Shown here: piece after piece, positions 8,607 to 16,022 of the stretch | Numbering within the stretch: position 1 is the stretch's first letter | How the letters are laid out: each line of letters starts with the position of its first letter | NCBI GenBank assembly: GCA_964450845.1 | Contig: CAYVGZ010000035.1 | Span: 1 to 16,022 of the forward strand | Direction of reading: 5' to 3' | From: an uncultured Candidatus Bathyarchaeia archaeon | GTDB lineage: Archaea; Thermoproteota; Bathyarchaeia; Bathyarchaeales; Bathycorpusculaceae | DNA: 16,022 nucleotides | The notes under the pieces: model-generated | Told to the model about the DNA's origin: nothing | Database searches by the model: none | The model's input: the letters and a program-made list of their open reading frames with translations, nothing else | Position numbers and translations under genes: made by a program

Positions 8607-9197
8607 ATGAAGGTTTGTGGAATCGTAGGCAGTCCTTGCAAGAATGGAAATGTTGACATATTAGTTTCTCAAGTTTTGAAGGGTGCCGCTTCTCAAGGTG
8701 CAGAGACAAGCAAGATCTATCTTAACAGCTTGAAAATCAAACCATGCCAAAGCTGTGGAGTTGACCCCAAGCCTAAACATTGTCTTTTTAACGATGACAT
8801 GGAACAGGTCTATTATATCCTTGAAACTTCTGATGCGATTATACTGGGGTCACCAGTCTATTTTGACAGTGTAAGTGCACAGGTAAAGCTCATGATAGAT
8901 CGTTGCAACTGTTTGATGCCTTATGTTAAAAAAGCTGATGGAACATTTGGCTTTGAAAGAAGAATAAAGAAACGAAAGAAAGGCGTCTTCATTGCTGTCG
9001 CAGGCACAGACCAAGATTTCAACACGATTCTGACAACCGTGAGAGGATTCTTCAACTGGGCAAACATTAAGCTTGTTAAGACTTTCTTCTATGCTCATGA
9101 TGACAACGAGATAGGCGGCGTCAAAAAAGACCATCGAAAAATGAATCAAGCTTTCAATATCGGAGCTAATCTCTTAGCAGATTCAGGGATTAGCTGA
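8607..9197 (+). CDS. Iron-sulfur flavoprotein (Isf) / NADPH-dependent FMN reductase-like flavodoxin-fold protein
   Basis: MKVCGIVGSP..NGN, PCQSC...C, NDDM, DAIILGSPVYFDSVSAQVKLMIDR. ATG 8607 matches the usual family N-terminus better than TTG 8589. Confidence 0.9.
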   Translation: MKVCGIVGSPCKNGNVDILVSQVLKGAASQGAETSKIYLNSLKIKPCQSCGVDPKPKHCLFNDDMEQVYYILETSDAIILGSPVYFDSVSAQVKLMIDRCNCLMPYVKKADGTFGFERRIKKRKKGVFIAVAGTDQDFNTILTTVRGFFNWANIKLVKTFFYAHDDNEIGGVKKDHRKMNQAFNIGANLLADSGIS

Positions 9198-9225
9198 CCT
9201 TCACAAGCTATGATATGAATAATGT

Positions 9226-10392
9226 TTAGTAGGATTTTGGCAAACCCAGAACGTGCTGACCGATAAATGCTAGAGCCATCTGATGAGTGACAGGAGCCAA
9301 CCGTATCAGATTTACTTCTCTCCACCAGCGCTCCACATCATACTCCACAGCATAGCCATATCCTCCAAAAGTCTGCATCGCATAATAAACCGCCTGAGTG
9401 CCCGCTTCCACAGCAGCAACCTTCGCCATATTCGCTTCAGCACCACAATCCATTCCCTTATCAAAAAGCCAAGCAGCCTTATAGTTCAAAAGCTTAGCAG
9501 CTTCAATTCTAGCCTTAGTCTCAGCCAACGGAAACTGAACCGCTTGATGGGAACCAATAGGCACATCAAACACTTTACGCTCTTTAGCATAGTCCACAGC
9601 CTTCTTAATGGCTAAAAGCCCCAAACCACACGCAGCAGCAGAAAAACTCATTCTCTCAGGATTAAGCGTGTCCAAAACAAAATACCATCCCTTATCCGCT
9701 TCGCCTAACAAGTTCTCCGCGGGAACCTTAAGATCGCTAATGTAAACCTCAAAAGTCTTTGAATAATTAATTCCATGCTTCTCAATCGGAATGATTTCGA
9801 CCGCTGGATTAGGCAAATCCACAACAAACAAACTTAAACCTAAAGTCCTCTTAGTCGCCTTCTCCAAAGGAGTAGTCCTTGTAACAAGCAACATTCCCTT
9901 CGCACGGTCAGCACCCGAAATAAACATTTTCTGGCCATTAATCACATACTCGCCTCCATCCTTCACAGCCACAGTTTTCGTGTTCAAAGTATTAGTCCCA
10001 GCATCAGGCTCAGTTAAAGCCAAACAAAACTCCATGCCTTTGGCAATTTTCGGCAAATACTTCGCCTTTTGGTCTTCATTACCATGTTTCGCTATTGATA
10101 AACCCCCAAAAACAGAAGATAGACACAAAAACCATTCTCCAGCCAAACCGCAGCCTTCAGAAACCAAAGTTTCCATAGCTAAAATCATCTCAAACAATCC
10201 CATGCCGCCTCCATCATAACTCTCAGGAATAACAATACCAGGAAAACCAGCCTCAATCAAACTCTTCCAAAAATCTTCAGGAAACTCGTGTTTCTTGTCT
10301 TTCTCTCTCCAATATTCTGGACCAAAGTCACGCGCAATGTCGGTGGCTGTCTCAACAATCATCTTCTGCCCAGTGGTTAACTCAAAATCCAA
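9226..10392 (-). CDS. Acyl-CoA dehydrogenase
   Basis: MDFELT, IPESYDGGG, LALTEPDAGT, INGQKMFISGA, LNPER, RKVFDVPIGSHQAVQFPLA, QTFGGYGY and LGLPKSY. TTG start with SD GAGG. Confidence 0.95.
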   Translation of the reverse strand: MDFELTTGQKMIVETATDIARDFGPEYWREKDKKHEFPEDFWKSLIEAGFPGIVIPESYDGGGMGLFEMILAMETLVSEGCGLAGEWFLCLSSVFGGLSIAKHGNEDQKAKYLPKIAKGMEFCLALTEPDAGTNTLNTKTVAVKDGGEYVINGQKMFISGADRAKGMLLVTRTTPLEKATKRTLGLSLFVVDLPNPAVEIIPIEKHGINYSKTFEVYISDLKVPAENLLGEADKGWYFVLDTLNPERMSFSAAACGLGLLAIKKAVDYAKERKVFDVPIGSHQAVQFPLAETKARIEAAKLLNYKAAWLFDKGMDCGAEANMAKVAAVEAGTQAVYYAMQTFGGYGYAVEYDVERWWREVNLIRLAPVTHQMALAFIGQHVLGLPKSY

Positions 10393-10436
10393 TGCGTCCT
10401 CAACCCCAAACTTATCGCCAAATATTCTTCGATTTC

Positions 10437-10451
10437 TATATAAACTCTTTC
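10437..10451 (-). promoter_or_regulatory. BRE-TATA promoter of the acyl-CoA dehydrogenase gene
   Basis: Minus strand reads GAAAGAG-TTTATATA, about 45 nt upstream of the TTG. Architecture and spacing match the iorA and hbd promoters. Confidence 0.7.
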
Positions 10452-10542
10452 AATGAAACATTCAAAAACTAACACGGTACCTATGGCACTTTGCCAATTG
10501 TTATATCCCAAAATTGCATATCATTTACTTGCGGGAAGCACA

Positions 10543-11232
10543 ATGAAAAACCTAGATCCAAAATACATTCCAATTCTAGAAGAGAAATATGGCAGGTACT
10601 GGTGGCCAGTAGAATATCCAGAAGAAATCTCAAAAGACCCATTCAAAAACCTAATACTCACTGTTCTTTCCCAGAATACGAGCGAGATAAACTGCGTAAG
10701 AGCATACAAGGGCCTAGCCACAAAATTCGAAGTAAAACCAGAAGTCTTAGCTAAGGCAAAAACTGAGGAGATAAAGGAAGCCATCAGAAGCGGCGGCCTA
10801 TACAATGTCAAATCGAAGAGGATTAAGGAGGTTTCTCAAGCAGTCCTGGAAAAGTTTGGGGGAAACGTTTCCTTAGTTCTTGCCTTGCCAAAAGAAGAAG
10901 CAAGGAAAAAGCTCATGGAACTGCCTGGAATTGGCAAGAAAACCGCTGACGTTTTGCTTGCGCAGAAGCATTCGTACGCTGAAGTTATGGTCGTAGACAC
11001 TCACATGGATAGAATAGCGAAAAGATTGGGCTTGGTTAAGCCAGACGCAAATTATGAAGAGATTCAAAAAGCCTTTAAGGTTTTTGTACCGTGGGAGAAA
11101 GGAGAAAGAACAGGCGGTTTGTTATGGCTTTTGGCAAAGTATACATGCAGAGCCCAGAACCCAAAATGCCAAGAATGCCCAATTATAGAATTATGTGATT
11201 ATGGAAGAAGGGTCAGGAAAAGTAAATGCTAG
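10543..11232 (+). CDS. nth: Endonuclease III (HhH-GPD, 4Fe-4S DNA glycosylase/AP lyase)
   Basis: VLSQNT, HhH LPGIGKKTADV (catalytic Lys), VVDTH (catalytic Asp) and C-x6-C-x2-C-x5-C (CRAQNPKCQECPIIELC). ATG 10543 is preferred over 10453 because TTATAT at 10501 lies upstream of it. Confidence 0.93.
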   Translation: MKNLDPKYIPILEEKYGRYWWPVEYPEEISKDPFKNLILTVLSQNTSEINCVRAYKGLATKFEVKPEVLAKAKTEEIKEAIRSGGLYNVKSKRIKEVSQAVLEKFGGNVSLVLALPKEEARKKLMELPGIGKKTADVLLAQKHSYAEVMVVDTHMDRIAKRLGLVKPDANYEEIQKAFKVFVPWEKGERTGGLLWLLAKYTCRAQNPKCQECPIIELCDYGRRVRKSKC

Positions 11233-11312
11233 ATTAGAGCCAGAATAATCGCATACTCCTTTTTCTATAAATCTGAACAAATCAGAAATGTGAAATGGCT
11301 AGAATGTGTCAA

Positions 11313-11320
11313 TTTTTATA
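11313..11320 (+). promoter_or_regulatory. Candidate TATA box for the DRE-TIM gene
   Basis: TTTTTATA lies about 58 nt before ATG 11379, with SD-like GTGAG just before the ATG. Confidence 0.4.
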
Positions 11321-11378
11321 TGAGTGGCTACAAAATAACAATATGTGTCTTACTTTGCTTTATTGGAAAGTGAGTTGA

Positions 11379-12689
11379 ATGAGAAAAACGATATTCAAAA
11401 AACTTGAGGCTCAAGGATTGATAGCAAATTATAACCGTTTGAGGAAAAACTTGCCTCCAAAACTCCCCGAAAGGGTCTCCATTTGGGATGGAACCTTAAG
11501 GGAGGGGGTTCAAACTCCAACGGTTTTTCTGACTTATGTGGAAGGGGTCAAATTGGCTAAAACGATGGATGAAATGGGAGTATCCTTAATAACTGTTGGG
11601 TTTCCAGCCATTTCTGAAGAAAAGAAAAATGATGTTAGAAGAATAGCGAATGAGAACTTTCAACAAGCGCAATTAGCCGCATCAGCGCGTATAGTTAAAA
11701 GCGATATAGATGCGTGCCTAGAATGCGGCATAAAAGAAATCCTACTATTCACGCCATTCAATGGGCTAAACCTTCAGTACAGGCTGAAAATGACTAAGGA
11801 ACAGGTTTTAGAAAAAACTGTCGAGTCTATTGAATATGCAAAAAAACACAGGACAACGGTGAGTTTTGTCTTGGAAGACGCTTCAAGAACACCGCTTGAA
11901 GAAATTTTACAGATTTTTGAAGCTGCGATAAAAGCAGGAGCAGACCGATTGGTAATTGCAGACACTGTTGGGTTCCTAAGACCTTTATCAATGCGCTATC
12001 TCATTTCACATATCAGAGAAGGCCTTTCAGGGCTAGTCAGTAAAGAGGTTCCGCTTTCAGTCCGCTGCCACAATGATTTTGGTTTGGCAACGGCAAACAC
12101 TTTGGCAGCTGTTGAGGAAGGAGTGACATACGTGCACACCTGCACTGCTGGGTTTGGCGAAAGGGCGGGAGTTGCACCATTAGAAGAAGTTGTTGTTGCG
12201 CTGGAACTGCTTTATAACATAGACACGGGCATTGACATGAAGAAGCTTTATAGGCTTTCACAGCTGGCTGAGAAAAGTTATGCTTTGCCCATACAATTTC
12301 ATAAGCCAATAATAGGTGAAAACGCTTTTTCCTACGAAGCAGATGAACATGTCCACGCTATGCTGGCTAACCCCCTTATATGTGAACCATTTCCACCCGA
12401 AATCGTTGATAGAGAAACAACCTTCTATACTGGCACACAAACTGGAAGACATGTGGTTGAAAGCCGTTTGGCATCCGCAAGGATTAAAGCGACACCACGG
12501 CAGGTAGATGAAATAGTTAGAAGAATAAGAGGAGCGCAGGAAAGCCTAGACAAAGGTGGAACACAAATGACCTTTTACCAAATTAAAAAACTTATGAAAG
12601 AACTGCGAAGAGGCTTAACCGAAGATGACTTCTGGAAGATAGTTGAACAAATCACAGGACAAAAACCAAAAATCTCCATCACTTCATAA
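11379..12689 (+). CDS. AksA/homocitrate synthase/LeuA-like DRE-TIM metallolyase with degenerate active-site motifs and no LeuA regulatory domain
   Basis: WDGTLREGVQTP, GFPAIS, LEDASR, IADTVG, RCHNDFGLATAN, GFGERAG, KPIIGENAF and NPLICEPF. Family assignment is clear; activity is uncertain. Confidence 0.88.
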   Translation: MRKTIFKKLEAQGLIANYNRLRKNLPPKLPERVSIWDGTLREGVQTPTVFLTYVEGVKLAKTMDEMGVSLITVGFPAISEEKKNDVRRIANENFQQAQLAASARIVKSDIDACLECGIKEILLFTPFNGLNLQYRLKMTKEQVLEKTVESIEYAKKHRTTVSFVLEDASRTPLEEILQIFEAAIKAGADRLVIADTVGFLRPLSMRYLISHIREGLSGLVSKEVPLSVRCHNDFGLATANTLAAVEEGVTYVHTCTAGFGERAGVAPLEEVVVALELLYNIDTGIDMKKLYRLSQLAEKSYALPIQFHKPIIGENAFSYEADEHVHAMLANPLICEPFPPEIVDRETTFYTGTQTGRHVVESRLASARIKATPRQVDEIVRRIRGAQESLDKGGTQMTFYQIKKLMKELRRGLTEDDFWKIVEQITGQKPKISITS

Positions 12690-12783
12690 CGCTGGAAAGC
12701 CTAGTAATGCATTAAAACATAAAAACACTCACAAACCTTATCTTAGCAGCAACATATTTTTTGCTCAAAAGGTTGTTGGAAAA

Positions 12784-14742
12784 ATGAGGAAACCCCTTTG
12801 GACACCTTCTGAAGAATGCGTAAATCAGGCTAATACAACTCGGTTCATCAGCTTCATCAATAAAAGGCACAGTCTTGAAATTGACTCTTATGATCAATTG
12901 TATAATTGGTCGATTGAAAATATACAAGATTTCTGGGCGGCTATGTGGGAATTTGGAGAAATAAAAGCTTCCCAAAGATATAGTGTGGTAGTCGATGATT
13001 TACGCAAGTTTCCCGGCGCAAAGTGGTTTATTGGTGCAAGATTGAATTTCGCCGAGAACCTTCTAAGATACAGGGATGATCATGTGGCTTTTATTTTTAG
13101 AGGAGAAAATCAAAAATCAGCCAGAATGACCTACGCGGAGCTGTATGATTCTGTGGCACGTTTGGCTAAACCGCTACGCGAAATAGGGGTTGCTTCAGGA
13201 GATCGCGTTGCTGCCTATATGCCCAACATTACGGAGACAGCTATTGCCATGCTTGCCGTGACAAGTATAGGTGCCATATGGTCTTCTTGTGGCACTGAGC
13301 TTGGACCAGCAGCTGTTCTGGACCGTTTTGGTCAAATTGATCCAAAAGTCTTATTCGCTGTTGCTGGATACCCATATAAAGGGAAAACGTTTAACGTTTT
13401 GGCTAACGTTGAGGAAATCGCTAAAGGAATTTCTTCGCTTGAAAAAATTGTGGTAATTCCCTACATGGAAGAAAAACTCGACATCAGCCATATTCCCAAC
13501 GCTGTGCATTATGACGATTTTATGTCTCAAGAAAGGCAACCTGAAATTCGGTTTGAGCAACTGCCCTTTGGTCATCCTGTATATATTATGTTTTCGTCTG
13601 GAACAACAGGTAAGCCAAAGTGTATGGTTCAAGGAACCGGCGTTCTCATCAATCACTTAAAGGAGCTAATACTGCATACTGACCTTAAACGTGAGGATAG
13701 GATTTTCTATATTACGTCTCCTAGCTGGATGATGTGGAACTGGCTGCTAAGCTCGCTAGCTGTAGGGGCTACTGTAGTGTTGTACGATGGTAATCCCAAT
13801 TTTCCCGATTGGGGTGCCATGTGGAGATTAGTTCAAGACGAGAAAATAACCATCTTTGGTTGCAGTGCAAGCTATGTTAATTATCTCCGAAGCATAGGGG
13901 CTAAACCTGGAAGGGACTACGATTTGGCATCGTTACGAGAAATATCCCAGACTGGTTCTCCTCTTTCGTCTGAAGGATTTGAATATGTTTATAGGGAGAT
14001 TAAAGAGGATTTGCATTTTAATTCCATAGCTGGAGGCACAGACATTAACGGTTGTTTTGCTGCTGGAACGCCTATCCAGCCAGTGTATGCCGGCGAATTG
14101 CAAGGTCCAGCTTTAGCAATGAAAGTTAAGGCATATGATGAAAATGGCAATTCCGTGGTTGATCAACAAGCAGAGCTTGTTTGTGAAGCGCCTGCTCCTT
14201 CCATGCCTCTTTATTTCTGGAACGACCCTGACGGTAAAAAGTATAAAGATGCTTACTTTAGTGTTTATCCCAGTGTTTGGCGGCACGGCGACTGGATTAT
14301 AATTCATGGCGACACGGGCGGGATAACTTTCTTAGGTCGCTCTGACTTCACTTTAAAACCCTCTGGAGTACGTATCGGTCCGGCTGAAATCTACAGTGTT
14401 GTAGAAAAATTCGAAGAAATTGCCGACAGCATGGTTGTTGGGCAGGATTGGAAAGGGGATCAGCGCATTATCCTTTTTGTCAAACTTGCTGAACGATGTC
14501 AATTGACGGAGGATTTGAAAGATAAGATTAAAAGAGCCTTGCGCGAAGAAGCTTCTCCACGTCATGTTCCAGCCTTAATCATTGAAGCGTCTGACATTCC
14601 TTACACTTTTAATATGAAGAAAGTTGAAAGTGCAGTTGCGAACATAATAAATGGTAAGGCAGTCACAAATAGGGATGCTTTGCTTAATCCAGAATCGCTG
14701 GACTTTTATGAAAAAATCCTTCCCGAGCTTCAAAAAGAATAG
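12784..14742 (+). CDS. Acetoacetate--CoA ligase (acetoacetyl-CoA synthetase)
   Basis: MRKPLWTPS start, WFIGARLNFAENLL, GAIWSSC, MFSSGTTGKPKC, SWMMWNWL, GGTDINGCF, VWRHGDW, GRSDFTLKPSGVRIG, PRHVP and NRDALLNPESLDFY, all typical of the acetoacetyl-CoA synthetase subfamily of ANL ligases. Confidence 0.92.
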   Translation: MRKPLWTPSEECVNQANTTRFISFINKRHSLEIDSYDQLYNWSIENIQDFWAAMWEFGEIKASQRYSVVVDDLRKFPGAKWFIGARLNFAENLLRYRDDHVAFIFRGENQKSARMTYAELYDSVARLAKPLREIGVASGDRVAAYMPNITETAIAMLAVTSIGAIWSSCGTELGPAAVLDRFGQIDPKVLFAVAGYPYKGKTFNVLANVEEIAKGISSLEKIVVIPYMEEKLDISHIPNAVHYDDFMSQERQPEIRFEQLPFGHPVYIMFSSGTTGKPKCMVQGTGVLINHLKELILHTDLKREDRIFYITSPSWMMWNWLLSSLAVGATVVLYDGNPNFPDWGAMWRLVQDEKITIFGCSASYVNYLRSIGAKPGRDYDLASLREISQTGSPLSSEGFEYVYREIKEDLHFNSIAGGTDINGCFAAGTPIQPVYAGELQGPALAMKVKAYDENGNSVVDQQAELVCEAPAPSMPLYFWNDPDGKKYKDAYFSVYPSVWRHGDWIIIHGDTGGITFLGRSDFTLKPSGVRIGPAEIYSVVEKFEEIADSMVVGQDWKGDQRIILFVKLAERCQLTEDLKDKIKRALREEASPRHVPALIIEASDIPYTFNMKKVESAVANIINGKAVTNRDALLNPESLDFYEKILPELQKE

Positions 14743-14790
14743 CAATGTGCTGAATTGAACGTTTTCATACAGTTTTCTGGCTTGTTGATT

Positions 14791-16022
14791 TCAGCTGCTT
14801 TTTCTCAAGTCTTTTATCCTTTTTGCTTTTCCCATGAATCTTGGTAAAGCTCCATACGGAACTAGCTCAATGTTTGCTTTTACGCCAACAATGGATTTGA
14901 CTTGTTCTTCGATTTCTTTTGCTAAGGCTTGCAGTTTTGACGAGTCTCCGCTTATGCTTTCAAAGAGTTCTTTGCTTGGTTCTAAGCGCAGTGTCATGAT
15001 ATCTAGTTCTTCGGGTCTTTCGATAATTATTTCATAGTTTTCAGATGCTCCTTTCACGTGCAGAAGTGCGTGTTCCACGGTTTTTGGCCAGAATTTGACG
15101 CCTCTCACTTTTAGCATGTCATCTGCTCTGCCAAAGACTCTGCCCATTTTTCCAAAAGTTCTGCCGCATGCGCATTCGTCAGTCTTGAAGGAAGTAGTGT
15201 CACCTGTTCTGAACCTAAGAACTGGGGTTGATTCTCTAGTCAAAGTTGTTAACACGAGTTCTCCGGTTTTGCCCTCTTCAACTTTTTCACCAGTAATTGG
15301 GTCAATTATCTCTGGTAGGAAGTGATCCTCTTGAATGTGCAGTCCATCATGCTCGGAGCATTCCACCGACACACCAGGTCCAATCACTTCTGACAAGCCA
15401 TAGATGTCGAAGGCTTCCAATCCTAAAAGCTCTTCGATTCTTTCTCTCAGCTCTTCAGACCATGCTTCCGCCCCAAACAGTCCGCTCTTCCATTTAAGCT
15501 CCTTTGCTGGGTCAATTCCCATTTTTTCTTTTGCAACCCTACCCATGTGGGCTGCATAGGTGGGTGTACATGCAAGTATTGTTGTTCCGTATTCTTTTGC
15601 AAGGCTTATCTGTCGCTCTGTTTCTCCAGATGCGATTGGCAGAACTGTTGCTCCTATTTCTAATGCTCCGTAATGGAAGCCTAAGCCGCCAGTGAATAAG
15701 CCGTATCCGTATGCGTTTTGCACTATGTCGCCTTTTCTTGTTCCAGCAGAAGCGTAGATTCTTGCCATTACCTTTGACCAGACTTCTAGGTCTCTTTTGG
15801 TGTATGCGCATGTTGTTGGGTGTCCTGTTGTTCCAGAGCTTGCATGTAGCTCGAGAACGTCGCTTAGGTCTGCGGCTAACATTCCATATGGGTAAGCCTT
15901 CCGCAAGTCTTCCTTTTCAGTGAAAGGCACTTTCTCCAAATCATCTAGAGTTTTTACGTCATCGGGGGTTATTCCAGCATCCTTAAACTTTCTTCTATAA
16001 ATGGGAACTTTGTCGTAGCAGT
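14791..16022 (-). CDS. paaK: Phenylacetate--CoA ligase family protein, 5' end beyond the window edge
   Basis: HASSGTTGHPT, YGYGLFTGGLGFHYGA, DIYGLSE, RFRTGD and GRADDMLKVRGV. The frame stays open from 15939 to the edge (CYDKVPIYRRKFKDAGITPDDVKTLDDL), so TTG 15939 is not the start. Confidence 0.93.
   Translation of the reverse strand, partial: CYDKVPIYRRKFKDAGITPDDVKTLDDLEKVPFTEKEDLRKAYPYGMLAADLSDVLELHASSGTTGHPTTCAYTKRDLEVWSKVMARIYASAGTRKGDIVQNAYGYGLFTGGLGFHYGALEIGATVLPIASGETERQISLAKEYGTTILACTPTYAAHMGRVAKEKMGIDPAKELKWKSGLFGAEAWSEELRERIEELLGLEAFDIYGLSEVIGPGVSVECSEHDGLHIQEDHFLPEIIDPITGEKVEEGKTGELVLTTLTRESTPVLRFRTGDTTSFKTDECACGRTFGKMGRVFGRADDMLKVRGVKFWPKTVEHALLHVKGASENYEIIIERPEELDIMTLRLEPSKELFESISGDSSKLQALAKEIEEQVKSIVGVKANIELVPYGALPRFMGKAKRIKDLRKSS

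Noticed and set aside
10453-10542. Longer nth start at 10453
   Set aside because: The extension overlaps the divergent promoter region, sits 2 nt from the acyl-CoA dehydrogenase BRE and has no Nth-like features.
11379-12689. Direct annotation as HMG-CoA lyase or functional LeuA
   Set aside because: Motifs are AksA-like rather than lyase-like, there is no LeuA regulatory domain and key ligands are substituted.
12643-12783. 47-aa N-terminal extension of the acetoacetate-CoA ligase ORF
   Set aside because: It overlaps the upstream gene, is low-complexity and precedes the family-typical start MRKPLWTPS at 12784.
14749-14795. Imperfect inverted repeat GCTGAATTGAAC / GTTGATTTCAGC between convergent ligase genes
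   Set aside because: Two true mismatches in 12 bp and a 23-nt loop make it too weak to call a terminator.
9-15923. Many small antisense or alternate-frame ORFs in the track (e.g. 9-446, 763-1044, 1161-1574, 5779-6141, 7285-7485, 9791-10219)
   Set aside because: All overlap well-supported genes, show no family motifs and have biased compositions expected of shadow frames.
1-16022. CRISPR arrays, tRNA/rRNA, transposases, integrases, defence genes
   Set aside because: By eye I found no spaced direct repeats, cloverleaf or T-loop motifs, or such protein motifs. Intergenic gaps are at most about 330 nt.

Overview
Archaeal chromosomal window, probably Bathyarchaeia or a related TACK lineage. This is inferred from BRE/TATA promoters, GGTGA/GAGG ribosome-binding sites, frequent TTG starts, a short helicase-less XPF and IOR; no search was run. 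It holds about 15 protein-coding loci, mostly acyl-CoA and amino-acid catabolism genes: iorAB, crotonase, 3-hydroxyacyl-CoA dehydrogenase, acyl-CoA dehydrogenase, acetoacetate-CoA ligase and a phenylacetate-CoA ligase cut by the right edge. The rest are DNA repair genes (short XPF, Nth), an EamA transporter, an Isf-like flavoprotein, a frameshifted M29 aminopeptidase, two hypothetical proteins and an AksA/homocitrate-synthase-like protein with many altered active-site motifs. I found no rRNA, tRNA, CRISPR array, transposase or phage gene, and no clear-cut novel system. The best leads are the degenerate DRE-TIM enzyme next to the acetoacetate-CoA ligase, a strand-specific 12-bp GNRA hairpin in an intergenic gap, the M29 frameshift and patchy A+C versus G+T strand skew.
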